DNA of 64,000 bases from Euglena gracilis (taxonomy: Eukaryota), in assembly GCA_039621445.1 (NCBI GenBank), contig CP154954.1, positions 29,211,411 to 29,275,410 of the forward strand. Reading direction: 5' to 3'. The notes under the pieces are model-generated. The model saw only the letters and a list, made by a program, of their open reading frames with translations, did not search any database and was not told the origin of the DNA. Of this stretch, positions 61,976 through 64,000 are shown one piece after another; positions within the stretch are counted from its first letter, which is position 1; every line of letters starts with the position of its first letter. Made by a program: the position numbers and the translations under genes.

Positions 61976-62729
61976 CACAATGGCTGTTTGCGTGGACCGA
62001 CATTCCGGTTGGATTGTAGCCATACCGTGTTTTGATAAAGGATTAACGGGTGCAAAAATGGCCAAGGAAATGCTTAAGTCCCAATGGAAACCCTTTGGAG
62101 TCCCGTCAATAATTTCAAGTGACCAAGGGAGCCATTTTGTCAACACATGGTGGCAAACCATGTGTTCGCTCATGGGAATTCGGCAAGCATTTTCCCAAGC
62201 TTACCACCACCAAGCAAATGGGAGGGTGGAGAGAGCCGGCCAACAAATTATGGAAATCCTCCGAAAGTTGTTTGTGGAGGAAAAAATGAATTGGGTGGAA
62301 GCACTTCCCCAAGTTTTGGATCGCATTCATGACACCAAGGGGGAGAGTGGTTTTAGTCCTCACGAAATTTTGTTTGGAAGGGATAGACCCATTGGTGGAA
62401 TACCCTATCAAACACCGAAGGAGTGTGAGGACGCTCAAAGTTTCTTTCGCCGAATAAAGGAGGTGGATGAGAAAGTTGCTAAGATTCTCAACCACTCACA
62501 TTGGGTGCAAGCGAGTTGGGTCAACCAAGGGAGGAGGGAGTTGGTACCCTTAAAATTGGGAACCCAAGTGTGGTATAGGAGACCCGAAGGATCCGGAGAA
62601 AAATTGGATTCCAGATGGATTGGACCTGGGATTATTAAAGCCCGGGAGGGGGAGAGGAGTTATATTATTGAAATTAAACCCGGGATGGAAATGAAGGTTC
62701 ATCGTAGTTTCCTTAAGGAATACAAATAG
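61917..62729 (+). CDS. Integrase DDE core and GPY/F-like region
   Basis: VCVDRHSGW, SSDQGSHF, YHHQANGRVER, GFSPHEILFG, RWIGPG. Joined to the upstream ORF by a frameshift at the G-run near 61960. Confidence 0.93.
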   Translation: MWLSIFSKCRRCCTRGGEYNTMAVCVDRHSGWIVAIPCFDKGLTGAKMAKEMLKSQWKPFGVPSIISSDQGSHFVNTWWQTMCSLMGIRQAFSQAYHHQANGRVERAGQQIMEILRKLFVEEKMNWVEALPQVLDRIHDTKGESGFSPHEILFGRDRPIGGIPYQTPKECEDAQSFFRRIKEVDEKVAKILNHSHWVQASWVNQGRRELVPLKLGTQVWYRRPEGSGEKLDSRWIGPGIIKAREGERSYIIEIKPGMEMKVHRSFLKEYK

Positions 62730-63017
62730 CCTGAAGTTCTTGGTGAGGGGGTGCCTTTGTTCTTTTTCAAGAGGACCGAAAAAGAAGAGGAAGCAATGCC
62801 TGATGAGTGGGAGGTGGAAAAAATTCTGAACCACCGAAAGAAGGGGGGAACCTGGGAATTCCTCACGAGATGGGTTGGTTACAACGAGGGGGAGGAAACC
62901 TGGGAGCCGGTGGGGAATTTCATACACCGATTTAGTGAGGAGTTGGTGAGGTATTGCACGAAGAAAAACCTAGGGGTCGATTTGATGTCCGAATTGAAAA
63001 AATCTTTGAAACCCTAG
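62730..63017 (+). CDS. Integrase C-terminal chromodomain
   Basis: EWEVEKILNHR....WEFLTRWVGYNEGEETWEPVGNF is a canonical chromodomain with cage aromatics. In frame with integrase, after a single TAG at 62727-62729. Confidence 0.92.
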   Translation, partial: PEVLGEGVPLFFFKRTEKEEEAMPDEWEVEKILNHRKKGGTWEFLTRWVGYNEGEETWEPVGNFIHRFSEELVRYCTKKNLGVDLMSELKKSLKP

Positions 63018-64000
63018 TGAGCCGAAAGTTGAAGGCTCGGTTCATTTTGCTTTTTTTTTAATCGGGGAGCCCAAATGTTTGAGGCTCTTGCTTTGAATTG
63101 GGCCAAGTGCTGTTTCGGCAAGTTATTTGTGTGCTTGTGCATTGCTTATGTGCATCATACCTTTTGTTTTTGACTCCATGATTCTCATATGTTTTGATTT
63201 TTCGAGCATGCGATGAATTTGATTTCTCTCTCTCTCTCTCCTTCTCTCTCCATGCATATTTTGTTCTTGCTCTTCTCTTTCGCTTTGCTCTCACAGGTTT
63301 TGAGGACTTGGAGGCTCCAAGCACACCCAAGGGAGCCCCAAGGGAAAAGTGCGAGCGCACCACCGCAGGAAGGAGGCGAGCATCCTACGCAAGCAAGGAG
63401 ACGAGACAAGGAGACGAGACAAGGAGACGAGACAAGGAGATGAGATGAGGAGACGAGACGAGGAGATGAAGCCTTTTTACCCAATCAACCGAATACACCA
63501 CCACCCAACTTGTCCATAGCCCAGCCCCGTTGGGGCTTGCCTCACTATAAACGGCCCCATCACCCGCTACCCGAGCCCCGAACCCCACTGCCTATATTCC
63601 TCACCCCAACCTGACCTCACCTTCCCATACCGTGAATGGAAAGGGGGACCGAAGGATTTGGATTTTTTTTACCAAGGTCGAGCCATAGCCCCTGTGTAGG
63701 AGAGCGGCCCAGAATGTTTGGAGTTTTGATGATTTGTTTGGATTCCGAGCCATTGGTGGATGTTGCAAGGGGGAAGAAGCCTCACCTTCACCGTGGATGC
63801 GCGGGGGGGGGGGGGGGGCTGAATTTTCTCCGATTTTTGGGTGAGCTCCCTCCAAACGGGTTTCGGTCGAGGGGGGGGGGCGCCCATTCCCATGCCCGTG
63901 TCCAAAGGATTGTGGAATGGAGACCGCCTGATTTTTCAGTTGATGTATGATACACCACCGGACGACCGGAAGAGGTGCTTGCAGACTTGCCGAGCAGTCT

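Larger units (their letters stand above)
50834..63017 (+). mobile_element. Ty3/Gypsy chromovirus-type retrotransposon (coding region) with two DNA methyltransferase domains; disrupted copy; LTRs not resolved in window
   Basis: Domain order read from translations: coiled-coil ORF, Gag, C5-MTase, NPPW MTase, protease (DTG), RT (YIDD), RNase H, integrase (HHCC + DDE), chromodomain. PR-RT-RH-IN order is Gypsy-type. Interrupted by insertions at 52272-53191 and 57601-59405 and by frameshifts. Confidence 0.93.

Noticed and set aside
56708-63017. DIRS element (because of the Dam-like domain)
   Set aside because: It has a protease, DDE integrase and chromodomain; no tyrosine recombinase is seen.
63076-64000. 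3' LTR starting TGTTTG
   Set aside because: No matching 5' copy was found upstream of ORF1, and there is no convincing polypurine tract.

Overview
Repeat-rich eukaryotic genomic DNA, most likely a euglenid (Euglena-like EF-1alpha fragments, long G/C homopolymers, many MITEs). Homopolymer-linked frameshifts suggest consensus errors, so some disruptions may be artefacts. Contents: (1) a minus-strand, multi-exon gene for a Pro-rich CELF/FCA/ELAV-like RRM protein (~12.4-27.6 kb), with hAT-type MITEs (8-bp TSDs) in its introns; (2) a degenerate Mutator/IS256-like DxxH DDE transposon with long TIRs (~37.8-43.6 kb), nested in a MITE with a 3-bp TSD; (3) two EF-1alpha pseudogene fragments sharing a deletion, one with its intron inside a 1.4-kb insertion; (4) from ~50.8 kb onward, a large Ty3/Gypsy chromovirus-type retrotransposon. 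The retrotransposon is the main result. Its pol frame carries a cytosine-C5 DNA methyltransferase followed directly by a Dam/DIRS-type NPPW amino-methyltransferase, both ahead of the protease, then RT, RNase H, integrase and chromodomain. Gag and pol share one frame and are separated by a single UAG followed by a possible readthrough structure. Gag has an RRM-like insert and no zinc knuckle. All assignments come from reading motifs by eye; no searches were run.
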